Under the pieces are notes generated by a model. The model searched no databases. It was not told the origin of the DNA and saw only the letters and a list, made by a program, of their open reading frames with translations. Of a stretch of DNA of 64,000 nt, positions 26,933 through 39,289 are shown in pieces. Both the position numbers and the translations under genes were made by a program. Each line of letters opens with the position of its first letter. Position 1 is the stretch's first letter. The DNA lies in the NCBI RefSeq assembly GCF_963921235.1, contig NC_086097.1, positions 17,546,001 to 17,610,000 on the forward strand, read 5' to 3'. Source of the stretch: Mobula hypostoma (lineage: Eukaryota).

Positions 26933-29178
26933 TATAAAAACTAGGGTGCCTAGGACCTATATGCAGTACTCTATTTATTATTATTGTTTTTTGTTGTATT
27001 TTGCACATTGTTTGTTTGTCTTTGTATGCCATTTTTCATTGATTCTATGGTGATACTTCATATTTACTGTGAATGCCTGCTAAAAATAATCTCAGGGTAG
27101 TGTATGATGACATATATGTACTTTGACTATAAATTTACTGAGAATATAAAATTTTGAGTTTAGAAGTATGACATGGAATCTCATTAATCACTGAACAGTC
27201 ATGTTTTGCAGGGATTTATTCTGGGACCTGTGCTCTAGGTGAGGAAGTGGAAGGATGGGTTAGTAAATCTGCAGATGATTCAAAGGTTGGTGGAATTGTG
27301 GATAGTATGGAGAGTTACTGTTGCTTGCAACAGGACATTGACAGGATGCAGAGCTGGATTGAGAAGTGGCAGATAAAGTACAAGCTGAAAAAGTGTGAAG
27401 TGACTCATTTTGTAAAGTCGAATTTGAAGGCAAATTACAAGGTTAATAAACTTTAACTTTGGTCTTATGAAAGGAAAGGTGTTTGCAAATATAATTTAAA
27501 CAGCAGGAGGCAACATTGTATCATCTTTGTGTGGTGCATTTTTTTTGGAAAATAACTTACCTATTGCTGGTCTCGGTGCAGCAGTGGATGATCAACATTT
27601 ATGTTGTCAAGTTCATTTGATTAAATACCACAAGTGATACTAAGGTAATTATACAGTAAGGCAGGTATATGTCTGACAACCAGCTGTGTTTTGAGAACAA
27701 TGCCATTGGTAGTATGTTACATCAAAGGTGGTACATTTCATTGGAATATTGTGACCCCAGAGGTTCAAAGCATTCTGTAATTCTGTAACCACACAAACCT
27801 CTGCTTGAAAAGAGTGAAGACTAATTCAGCTCAGAGAGTCATTGAGTTATACAGCACAGAAACAGACCTTTCAACCCAATTTGTCCATGGCAACAGGGTT
27901 CCTACCTGAACTAGTTCCATTTTGTATATTTGGCCTATTTCCATCTAAACCTTTCCTATTCATATACCTAACCAAATGTCTTTCAAACATTGAAATTGTC
28001 TTTTAAACATTGTAGATGTGGTACTGAATAAATAGTCTGCCATCTATAAGTAAATTTACAGAAAACATTGCCAATAGACTGAGAGTGAAGTGGAGAGAAT
28101 TGTAAATATTTGTTTAATAACATTTCCATCATATTGTTAATAGGGTGCTTGTTCAGTATGCTGCACTTTTGAGTCAACTGTCAATTCAAGGTTTTGTCCT
28201 ACATTCTGGGTTAGTGAAAAGAGATCAGAGAGTGGGAACCCTGGCTATTCCTCACTAATTTAGGCCAATAACAATAGTACATTGAAGCAAATTATTATGT
28301 TGGGACTGGAATCTTTGAGCTACGGATTGATAAAATGCTTTCAATCATTCAAGGGGAATTCAAGAAATGTGCCATTTTCTACATTTACAATGTTCGTTAT
28401 TACTTTGATAAAGGCCATTTGACCCATCAAATCTATGATGGCTCAAAGAGCAAGTTACAGTTGTCAATTAATCAATAAACTGGTCACATGACGCATGAGT
28501 GCAAACTGGAGCATCCATTGTTTAGGAAATTAGAATTGAACCCAGGTTGCTGAATTTATGAAGCAACAGTACTACCTGCTGTATCATTGTGTTATCCTTT
28601 TTTTAAAAAAAGGCACATATTCAGCATGACATGGCCAAGCTGTTAATCCTCTATATCTCGACAGAACACATTGTGCTGAGTTTCAAAGTCTATCCAACTA
28701 AACAGATTTGCCTTGTTTTATGATTTTGCTAGCTTTCTGAATAAATAGCACAGTTACTGTTTTTTTTAAGCTTTTATAGTCAATTGTTTTCATCTTCATG
28801 AGAAACAGAAGATGCAAATTATTTGTTGTTCTGGTTGTGTTTGATTACGAGAAGGATGTAATCCCTGTCAGTGTCTGATTTGCAGAAGGTTATCCTTATA
28901 AATTCATCCTTTATCACTGCCTTTTTGATGTCTTCAAGGTTTCCAGAAAAACATTGTGACTGCAGTTAAACTCTGAAATCTGCTATCATATATGTTTGCC
29001 ATGCTCCCTTTCAATTTGCTGGGTCTCTGGTCACATGGGTTTGGAACCTATGATTCCTAATCATAAGTAACCTCCATGCAGTGAAGGCATCACATTATCA
29101 ACCACTCTTCACTTCTCTCATAGCTTTATTTTGTTTCTCTCTAAATTGGTTAAGTTCCTTGCAGAATCAGGTTTCTAT

Positions 29179-29310
29179 GTCCTCATGAATGATCTCAGCT
29201 GGAAAGTTCAACTATTAATTCCTCTTCATAGATACTGCCTGACCTGCTGAGTTCTTTCAGCAGGTCAGTGTATGTTGCTGTGGATCTCCAGCATCTTGAG
29301 AATCTCGTGA
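29179..29310 (+). mobile_element. Degenerate Penelope terminal repeat inside a Rex/Babar tail
   Basis: gtcctcatgaa...gaaa...catagat.ctgcctgacctgctgagttc...ccagcatct. Confidence 0.65.
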
Positions 29311-29879
29311 TGTTTTGCGACAAGTACAGTGCAATGCATAGAAAAATATATAAAGAAATAAGTAGTGCAAAAAGAGAATAAAAAGTAATGTAGTGTTCAT
29401 CGTTTCAGGTGCATTCAGAAATCTGATGGCGGAGGGGAAGAAGCTGTTCTCAAATTGTTGAGTGTGTGTCTTCAAGCTCCTGTACCTTCTCCTTATTTAT
29501 CACATGTATGTTGAAACATATAGTGAAGCGTGTCATTGGTGTTAATCAACACATGTAAGGATGTGTTGGGTGTAGCACACAGGTGTTGCTACACATTCTA
29601 GCACAAAATAGCATGCTCACAATGCCTGGCAAAACAACACAGAACACAATAAAATGGAACACAACAAGCAACAAAACAACAACAACAAAACAAGCCCCTT
29701 TCTTCTCTCCCACCTACACACACAGACACACACACTTCCTCAACTCCAGAACAGGCCTTCAAGCTTTGAACATGGGGCTACAACTTCTGGACTTCCAATT
29801 GACCTTCATTTATTGATTACAGTTTAGATCACTGTTCAATACCATCATCTCCTCATACTCTCAACACTGGGTTTGTAGG

Positions 29880-30225
29880 ACAAACACGAGAAAATCTGCA
29901 GATGCTGGAAATCCAAGCAACACACACAAAATGCTGGAGGAACTCAGCAGGCCAGGCAGCATCTGTGGAAAAGAATAAACAGTCAATGTTTCGGCCCGAG
30001 ATCCTTCATCAGGACTCAAGAAAAAGATGAGAAGTCAGAGCAATAAGGTGGGAAGAGGGGAGGAAGAAGTGTAAGGTGCTAAGTGATCGGTGAAACCGGG
30101 AAGGTGGGGGGGGGTGAAGTAAAGAGCTGGGAATTTGGTGAAAGGGCTAAGGGCTGGAGAAGAGGGAATCTGATAGGAGAGGGTAGAAGACCATGGAAGA
30201 AAGGGAAGGGGAGGTGCTGGTTGAC
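29880..30225 (-). mobile_element. Penelope terminal repeat with hammerhead motif (29980-30016; cleavage triplet decayed)
   Basis: Minus strand agtcctgatgaaggatctcgggccgaaacattgactg. Confidence 0.8.
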
Positions 30226-30234
30226 TTGTAATGT

Positions 30235-30610
30235 ATGAAGGTAGATGAGGAGTGATTTGATAGAGATGTATAAAATCACGAGGGGCAAAGATAGGGTGAA
30301 CACACTCAATATTTTTCTCATGGCTCGGGATCAGGAACTAGAGGGCACAGGTTTTAGGTAAAGGGAGAAGAATGTAATAGGAACTCAGAGACAATTTTTT
30401 TTTACACTAAGTGTGCTATGTATATAGAATAAACTACCTGAAAAATTTTAGGCAGGTGCAAAAATAACTTTTAAAAGACAGTAGGACAGGTACATGGATA
30501 GAAACTATTTATGAGATGGGTCAAAGTTGGGCAAGTGGGACCAGTTTGGGTATCTTGGCTGGCAAGGTAATCAGACCAGAGAGCCTGTTCCTGTGCTGTA
30601 TGACTTGGAG
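30235..30610 (+). mobile_element. CR1 3' fragment
   Basis: gatttgatagagatgtataaaat...ctagagggcacagg...cctgtgctgtatgac. Confidence 0.7.
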
Positions 30611-31409
30611 GCAAGGGGTTAAGAAACAAATACTGAAGAAGTGAGATAGATGAGACTGCCTTAGAGATACAGATCTTGTTGCAGCAACTTCAAAATGGGA
30701 TTGATTTCCACTATCCTCTCCAACAATGGCTTGGTGCCATTGAAAGAATGGGAATTTGTTAGCTATCCTGCTTTGATGTAATTAAGTGTCTTTGCTGGTT
30801 TCCTCAACGTATGTTGAAAATTAAATGTTTTACTAATTATGACCCAAGAATTTTTCATCATCTTCTGCTTCCAACTCGTTGCTGTTTACTTGGGTCTCAG
30901 CCAGATTTGGCGCTGTGTAAGTAGCTTAAACTCACAAAAGATATTAATGAAATGTCAGTTGGGTAGATAGTTTATTATTTATCTGCTGCTTCCCCGCTGT
31001 CTGCTGAAGTACTCAACTACTTTTTTAAGGGCTATATTGGAGTTTCCAGGCTAGCTCCATGTACTGCTGTTAATGTGCCATGGGATTTTGTCTGACAAAT
31101 TTATCAAAGAAGTTGTAAATGAGTTGACCTATAAATTGTGATGAGGTCTGTTCTGTAGAATGGCAGCAAGAATAGGTACAAAGAAAACATCATTCCATTT
31201 TCCTTTGGATGTAATTATCAGCCCTTAATTACCTAATGAGAGCACTAAGATATATTCTAATCTACAGTGAATGCTGCTTTTTTGGTTAAAGGTCCAAACA
31301 CATTCACAAAGGAAATGTATTTTACTAGTGAAACTCATTATTGGTATTTTACACTGTACTTTATTAATGCAAAGAGACAATACTAAAAAGATATTACTAA
31401 AATAGTTTT

Positions 31410-31712
31410 GGCGCGTGGCCAAGTGGTTAAAGTGTTCGTCTAGTGATCTGGAGGTCGCTAGTTTGAGCCTTGACTGAGGCAGTGTGTTGTGTCCTTGAGC
31501 AAGGCACTCAACCACACATTGCTCTGCGATGACACTGGTGCCAAGCTGTATGGGTCCTAATGCCCTTCCCTTGGACAACATTGGTGGCGTGGAGAGGGGA
31601 GACTTGCAGCATGGGCAGCTGCTGGTCTTCCATACAACCTTGCCCAGGCCTGTGCCCTGGAAACCTTCCAAGGCGCAAATCCGTGGTCTCACGAGACTAA
31701 CGGATGCCTAAT
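31410..31712 (+). mobile_element. tRNA-derived SINE with CORE-like segment
   Basis: A box tggccaagtgg, B-box-like gtttgagcc, gtgtccttgagcaaggcact; second copy at 49192. Confidence 0.82.
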
Positions 31713-32038
31713 TATTAAAGTATATTGGAAACTTTTAATGCATGCAAGAATGTGATTTTCAATAACTTATGACAAAAGAAAATGTATAAGGATGTTGCCA
31801 GGACTTGAGGGCTTGAGACAGGGAAAGGTTGTATAGGTTGGGACTTTATTCCTTGGAGTGTAGAAAAATGAAGGGAGATTTGATAGAGGTATATAAAATT
31901 ATGATAGGTAGGGATATGGTAAATGCAAGCAAGCTTCTTCCACTGAGGTTGAGTGATACTATAACTAGAGGTTGTAGGTTAAGGGTGAAAGATTAGATAC
32001 TTAAGGGGAACCTGAGGATGAACATCTTCATTTAGAGG

Positions 32039-32597
32039 TGTAGCCCTCAGGTTCAGTCAGCATGCGTTTGTCTAGGGGAAGACAGTTTCTGGCCCAGCCA
32101 AATTGAGAAATCTTGTTTGTGTAGATGCTGTGTGATGTTTTGCCCGGTTACAAATCTGAAGCACAAAATATCAGACAGTGCACCATCTGCAATTGAACGA
32201 TTGAACTTTATAAGTCTTAATTTGACTATAGGGTTAGTAAAGTGAATAAAAAGAAAAAGGGCCCATTTTAATGAAACAGTCTAATGCGTACGTTGGAGAT
32301 CACGGATTCATCCATTCGTTTCCCATTGACCTCCTCTGAGTGTCGCTGACCATCAGACCTTCGCTCTGAGTGCACTCCGTCTGTCAGTCTACCAGCTCTT
32401 TCCACTTGCGTCTTCTCTCTTCATCTCTCACCAACAAAAGACCGCAAAATGCCTGTTCCCAGCCCCACAAGAAAGAACAACATGCCTCTCATTGGATGGC
32501 GCACATTCCAAAACCTCCAGTATCTCTAGTCATAACCCAAACATTGCTGCTACAGAGAAACCATTACCTTAGCAGTGAAACCTTACAGCGTGTTACA
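32039..32597. mobile_element. Solo LTR (559 bp)
   Basis: tgtag...ttaca termini; gagg/gaag 4-bp TSD with one mismatch; cleanly interrupts CR1. Confidence 0.75.
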
Positions 32598-32672
32598 GAA
32601 GGTGGTGCAAATATGTTATGAAATTTTGAAATTTTTTTTTGCACTAGTACAGTACAATACATAAAATTACTA

Positions 32673-32733
32673 CAGTACTGTGCAAAAGTCTTAGGCACCT
32701 TAGATATTTACCTAAGACTTTTGCACAGTACTG
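32673..32733. mobile_element. 61-bp palindromic Tc1-type MITE
   Basis: TA-cagtactgtgcaaaagtcttagg...cctaagacttttgcacagtactg-TA (23-bp perfect arms). Confidence 0.85.
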
Positions 32734-32944
32734 TACATGGATGAGAGGGTTATGGAGGGCTATGGTCCAGGTACGGGTTGGTGGGATTAGGCAAAATGAC
32801 AGTTCGCCATGGACTAGACTAACGGAAGGTCCTGTTACTGTGCTGTAGTGCTCTATGACTCCATGAATTTATCTAATATTCACAAAATTATGCTTAATTT
32901 ATCAGTTGTCTTTGGTTAAACTTTTAACAGAGGATTTAATCATA

Positions 32945-33380
32945 TAAATGCAAGAGATGCTGGCAACCCAGAGCAACACACAAAATGCTAGAGGAACACA
33001 GTAGATCTGGCAACACCTATGGAAATGAATAAACATTTAACAGTTCGGTCCTTCTTCATGACTGGAAGTGAAAGGAGAAGACACCAGAATAAAAATGTAG
33101 GCAAAGGGATGCATGAACTAGCTAGCTTCTACCTCTTCTCCTCATCTCCTACTGGTGCCTCTTTTTCTTTCCTTTCTTCTATGGCCCACTCTCCTCTTCT
33201 TTGAGATTGCTTCTTCCCTAGCCCTCTAACTCCCCCCGCCCCGGGTTCACCTATCACCTTTTAGCTAGTCCTCCCCCTTCCCTTCAAGTCCTAAAGAATG
33301 GTCTTGGCCCAAAATGTCGACTGTTTATTTATTTCCATAGATGCTGCCTGACTTGCTGAGTTCCTTTAGCATTCTGTGTT
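32945..33380. mobile_element. Inverted pair of Penelope terminal repeats
   Basis: Minus copy 32945-33120 and plus copy 33120-33380; purine/pyrimidine skew flips at ctagctag; degenerate hammerhead 33287-33323. Confidence 0.7.
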
Positions 33381-33539
33381 TAATCATAAAAGGTGATTTA
33401 ATAATATTGATTAATGTAACCTATCGGGAGTCTGAATTCCTGCTAATTATGAACTTAAAGAATCAGCATGGAGGTATGATGATCATACTCTTACAAACTG
33501 TATAACTCTATTTACTTATTAAATATTAATGAGAAATAG

Positions 33540-33820
33540 GGCACCGTGGTAACATTGCAGTTAGTGCAGTGCTACGAAAGCTCAGGGTATCAGAGGTCTA
33601 CTTTGATGCCATCTGTAAGGACTTTGTATATGCTTCCCGTGAACAAGTGGATTTTCTCTGAGTGCTCTGGTTTCCTCCCACAGTCCAAAGATGTACCAGT
33701 TAGTAGGTTAATTGGTCATTGTAAATTGTCCAGTGATTAGGCTAGGGTTAAATAGCTGGGTTGGTTGCCAGTGTGCCTTTTTGAGCCGAAAGAGCCTGTT
33801 CTTCTCTGTATCCATAAATT
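33540..33820 (+). mobile_element. V-SINE (HE1-like)
   Basis: gtgctctggtttcctcccacagtccaaaga...ggttaattggtcattgtaaattgtcc. Confidence 0.8.
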
Positions 33821-34371
33821 TAAAAAAAATTGTTTCACAGGTATTAAGAAAATATCCATTGTCAAGTATGAATGATAGTGTTTCTCAAGGTGCCTCCCAA
33901 GCCTCAAACAACTACCCACCACTCTCACCAGTTCTGCACACTATTCCATTCCCCTCCCTCAGCCTGACTCTACTTCACAGTCTCTCCTCTGATCCTTTGG
34001 ATTTGACCCAGTCTACGATGGACCTACTATTAAAAGATTGGGTAATCCAGTAGTGTAGTGGTTAGTACAATTGTTTTACAGCGTCTGTGATAACTGGGGT
34101 TTGATTCCTACCATTGTTTGTAAGAAGTTTGCATGTTCCTCCCATGACTGCATAGGTTACCTGCTGGAGCCTGTACCTGTTGATGGCTGTGTTCTACTGT
34201 TGACTGTTGCGTTAATGGTATATATTTTCTTTGTACACAACTCAATTTTTATAAAAGCTTAATTTTAATGCATGGTGTTTCTTAACTCCACCCAAACTTT
34301 GTGATTTTCTTACCTGAGATATGCCTTCGTTCCATTCCTTATAAAAGGATCTACCCTACCTCCTTTTCCAT

Positions 34372-35225
34372 AGAGTCATTGAGAACTATAGCTTTAGAAA
34401 CAACGCATTTGGCCCATTTAGTCCATGGCAACCTGTTTTTCTGCCTAATCCCATCTATCTGCACCCGGACCATAGCCCTACGTATCCTATCATCCGTTTA
34501 CTTATCCAAACACCTCTTAAATTTTGCAATTGAACCCAGATCTACATCTGCTGGCAACTCATATCAATACTCACACCAGCCTCTGAATGAAGAAGTTACC
34601 TCTCGTGTCCCCCTTAAATATTTCACCATTCATCCTACACCTAGGACCTCTAGTTCTAGTTTCACCCAGCCTGAGGGGATAAAACCTGCATGCGTTCATC
34701 TTATCTGTACCCTTCAATTTTGTATACCTCTATAAGATCTCCCCCATTCCCCTAAGCTTCATTGAATAAAGTCCTAAACTGTTTAACCTTTCCCTGTTAC
34801 CCAAGTCCTTAAGGCCCACAGCATCCTTGTAATTTTTCAATTTTTCACTCTTTCAAGCTCATTGATGCCTTTCTTGTAGGTACAGGGTAAGTGACCAGAA
34901 CTGCAAATAATACTACAAATTCAGTCTCGCCAGTATCATACAACTTCAACGTAACATCCCAACTTAGTGCTCTGATTTATGAAGTCCAGTGCAACCCACA
35001 CTCTCTTTACAACCCTATCTACCTGTGCCATCACTTTCAAGGGATACCTATAATTGATAATTCCCAGATCCCTTTGTTCTACCGCAGATTTCAATGCCCT
35101 TCCATTCATTGTGTAAGACCTACTCTGGTTTGTCCTGCCAAAATGCACTATCTCAAAATAGTCTGCATTAAATTCCATCTGCCATTTTCAGCCCATTCTT
35201 CCAGATAGTGCAGATCATGCTGCAC
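34372..35225 (-). mobile_element. CR1 3' fragment
   Basis: MEFNAD..EIVHFGRTN...EQRDLG. Confidence 0.8.
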
Positions 35226-35329
35226 AACTTTAGAATGAAGTGACTACCTTTTCAGCCAGAGGATGATGAATCTGTGGAATTCCAAAAGATTTAGGAGTTG
35301 AATTAGGCCATTTAGCCCATCGAGTCTGC

Positions 35330-38300
35330 CTTACAGAAGCAGAAGACATTTAAGAGAGATGGCAGGAATACACAGAAGAATTGTACAGGAAAGATCCCAA
35401 CAGCAAAGACACCTGCAATGATTCCCTTATCAGACTTTCTGGAAAGTGAAGTCGAATGGGCGATAGAAAACATTGCCAATAATAAGACTGCAGGATGTGA
35501 GAGGATTCCAGTTGAATTGTTTAAAACTTTAAAAGGTGATGCTGTAAAAGTATTGTGTGCAATTTGTCAGCAGATCTGGAAAACCCATCAATGGCCTTTA
35601 GACTGGCAAAGATCAGTTTATATCCCAATTCGCAAGAAATTAAATGTAAAGGAATGTTCAAATTACCAAACAATTTCACTAATTGAACATGCTAGCAAGG
35701 TAATGCTAAAGATCATGCAAACAAGACTCCAGCAATATATGGAACAAGAACTGCCAGATGTACAAGCTGGTTTTAGAAAAGGCAGAGGCACCAGAGACCA
35801 AATTGCTAACCTATGCTGGATAATGGAGAAATTGAGGGAATTCCAGAAAAGTATTTATCTATGTTTTATTGACTACTCTGAAGTCTTCAGCAGTGTGGAC
35901 CATAATAAACTATGGTAAATCCTTAAAGATATGGGGATACCTGGACATCTGATCTGCCTTATGAGAAACTTGTATGAAGATCAAGAAGCAATGTTAGAAC
36001 TGAACACAGAACAACAAACTGGTTCAAGATTGGAAAAGGAGTACACCAAGGCTGCATACTGTCACCCTACTTATTTAATCTATATGCTGAATACACCATG
36101 AGGAATGCTGGTCTAGAGGACTCAAATGTTGGAATCAAAATTGCCGGGCGAAATATTAACAACCTCAGATATGCTGATGAGACTACTCTAATGGCTGAAA
36201 GTGAGGAGGATCTGAGGAAGCTTCTAATCAAAGTGAAGGAAGAAAGTGCAAAAGCTGGCATGTTGCTCAATATTAGCAACGACAGATTTTGTCTTCCTTG
36301 GTTCAAAGATTTCTATAGATGGTAACTGCAGCCACAAAATTAAATGGCGCTTACTACTGGGGAGGGCAGCAATGGAAAATTTAGATAAAATACTGAAGAG
36401 CAAAGACATAATATTGTCTACAAAGATCTGTATATTCAAGTCTATGGCATTTCCAGTTGTGATGTATGACTGTGAGAGCTGGACTATTCGTAAGGCTGAA
36501 TAGAAAAGAATCGATGCCTTTGAACTTGGATGCTGGAGGAAAGTGTTAAGAGTTTTTTGGACAGCAAGAAGATCCAACAAGTCAATACTTGTAGAAATAC
36601 TTGAAGGGTAACTTTGAAGGTATGAGACGTGAATTAGCTAAGATAGACTGGCAAATGATACTTAAAGGGTTGACAGTGGATATGCAATGGCAAGCATTTA
36701 AAGATTGCATGAATGAACTACAACAATTGTTCATCCCCGTTTGGCAAAAGAATAAACCAGGGAAGGTAGTGCACCAGTGGCTTACAAGGGAAATTAGGGA
36801 TAGTATCCATTCCAAAGAAGAAACATACAAATTAACCAGAAAAAGCGACACACCTGAGGACTGGGAGAAATTTAGAGTTCAGCAGAGGAGGACAAAAGGC
36901 TTAATTAGGAAAGGGAAAAAAGATTATTAGAGAAAGCTGGCAGGGAACATAAAAACTGACTGTAAAAGCTTTTATAGATATGTGAAAAGAGCTTTTATAG
37001 TTAAGTGAAAAGAAAAAGATTGGTTAAGACAAATGTAGATCCCTTACAGTCAGGAACAGGTGAATTCATCATTGGAAACAAGGACATGGCAGACCAATTG
37101 AATAACTACTTTGGTTCTGTCTTCACTAAAGAGGACATAAATAATCTTCTGGAAATAGTAGGAGACCGAGGGTCTAATGAGATGGAGGAACTGAGGGAAA
37201 TGCATGTTAGTAGGGAAGTGGTGTTAGGTAAATTGAAGGGATTAAAGGCAGATAAATCCCCAGGGCCAGATGGTCTGCATCCCAGAGTGCTTAAGGAAGT
37301 AGCACAAGAAATAGTGGATGCATTAGTGATAATTTTTCAAAACTCTTCAGATTCTGGATTAGCTCCTGAGGATTGGAGGGTGGCTAATGTAACCCCACTT
37401 TTTAAAAAAGGAGGGAGAGAAACCGGGGAATTATAGACCGGTTAGCCTGACATCGGTGGTGGGGAAAATGCTAGAGTCAGTTATCAAAGATGTGATAACA
37501 GCACATTTGGAAAGCTCTGAAATCATCGGACAAAGTCAGCATGGATTTGTGAAAGAAAAATCATGTCTGACGAATCTCATAGAAATTTTTGAGGATGTAA
37601 CTAGTAGAGTGGATAGGGGAGAACCAGTGGATGTGGTATATTTGGATTTTCAAAAGGCTTTTGACAAGGTCCCACACAGGAGATTAATGTGCAAACTTAA
37701 AGCACACAGTATTGGGGGTATGTTATTGATGTGGATAGAGAATTGGTTGGCAGACAGGAAGCAAAGAGTGGGAATAAATGGGACTTTTTCAGAATGGCAG
37801 GCAGTGACTCGTGGGGTACCGCAAGGCTCAGTGCTGGGACCCCAGTTGTTTACAATATATATTAATGACTTAGACGAAGGAATTAAATGCAGCATCTCCA
37901 AGTTTACGGATGACACGAAGCTGGGCGGAGTTGTTAGCTGTGAGGAGGATGCAGAGTGACTTGGATAGGTTAGGTGAGTGGGCAAATTCATGGCAGATGC
38001 AATTTAATGTGGATAAATGTGAGGTTATCCACTTTGGTGGCAAGAACAGGAAAACAGATTATTATCTGAATGGTGGCCGATTAGGAAAAGGGGAGGTGCA
38101 ATGAGACCTGGGTGTCATTGTACACCAGTCATTGAAAGTGGACATGCAAGGACAGCAGGCAGTGGAAAAAGACGAATCGTATGCTGGCATTCATAGCAAG
38201 AGGATTCGAGTACCGGAGCAAGGAGGTACTACTGCAATTGTACAAGGCCTTGGTGAGACCACACCTGGAGTATTGTGTGCAGTTTTGGTCCCCTAATCTG

Positions 38301-39108
38301 AGGAAAGACATTCTTGCCATAGAGGGAGTACAAAGAAGGTTCACCAGATTGATTCCCGGGATGGCAGGACTTTTATATGATGAAAGACTGGATCGACTAG
38401 GCTTATACTCGCTGGAATTTAGAAGATTGAGGGGGGATCTGATTGAAATGTATAAAATTCTAAAGGGATTGGACAGGCTAGATGGAGGAAGATTGTTTCC
38501 GATGTTGGGGAAGTCCAGAACAAGGAGTCACAGTTTGAGGATAAAGGGGAAGCCTTTTAGGACCGAGATGAGGAAAAATTTCTTCACACAGAGTGTGGTG
38601 AATCTGCGGAATTCTCTGCCACAGGAAACAGTTGAGGCCGGTTCATTGGCTATATTTAAGAGGGAGTTAGATATGGCCCTTGTGGCTGAAGGGATCAGGG
38701 GGTATAGAGAGAAGGCAGGTACAGGGTTCTGAGTTGGATGATCATCTATGATCGTACTTGAATGGTGGTGCAGGTTCGAAGGGCCAAACGGCCTACTCCT
38801 GCACCTATTTTCTATGTTTCTATGAAATACAGCTAGACTGCTCACTAGGAGGCTTGATTATGAAACAAAAGCTCAAAAATTTTGGCCACATCATGAGAAG
38901 ACAGGATTCCTGGAGAAGACTCTCATGTTGGGTAAAACAGAAGGTAAAAGAAGGAGAGAACAACAGCGGCTACAATGGATAGATAATTTTACTCAGACTA
39001 TGCATATGACCTTGGGAGATCTTAGGCAGCACCCAACAAGAAGGCTTTGCGTGCAGGAGCCTATGAGTTCACGAAGAGTTGGACTCGACTTAATAACAGC
39101 AACAAAAA
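35330..39108 (+). mobile_element. BovB-like RTE LINE, 5'-truncated, split by CR1
   Basis: ICQQIWKT.QWP.DW.RS.YIPI, ELPDVQAGFRKGRGTRDQIAN, GRNINNLRYADETTLMAESEEDL; tail cacgaagagttggactcgacttaataacagcaac. Confidence 0.9.
36601..38823 (+). mobile_element. 5'-truncated CR1 (same family as 4491-8719) with 7-bp TSD
   Basis: gaaatac at 36594-36600 and 38824-38830; RTE sequence is continuous once the insert is removed. Confidence 0.95.
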
Positions 39109-39289
39109 CCTCTGGCCTCTTTGGTCTCCTTCACCAAACTAATTTTGGATCTAATTTACCAACACACCTTGGATCTCTTGTGCCTTAACCTTCAAGAACA
39201 GCCTACCATGCAGGATCTTGTAAAATGTTGGTATTAGTGCTTACACCGAAAAATATGATTTAACTAGAAATTATTAACCAATGTGAGGA

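Larger units (their letters stand above)
24470..27155 (+). mobile_element. Rex1/Babar LINE 3' part, with its 3'UTR split by MITEs and Tc1
   Basis: SEDLSW.QHI..CFYFLRSLRR.GMSSKTL.NLYRC; tail resumes at ~26975. Confidence 0.7.
31785..32865 (+). mobile_element. CR1 3' fragment split by a solo LTR and a MITE
   Basis: ggatgttgccaggacttgaggg...; resumes after 32597 and 32735. Confidence 0.7.

Noticed and set aside
26695..27053. YIYI-rich ORFs
   Set aside because: Translations of a microsatellite
31410..31485. tRNA gene (also 47847 and 49192)
   Set aside because: A/B boxes are present but no clean cloverleaf; continues into a SINE body and tail
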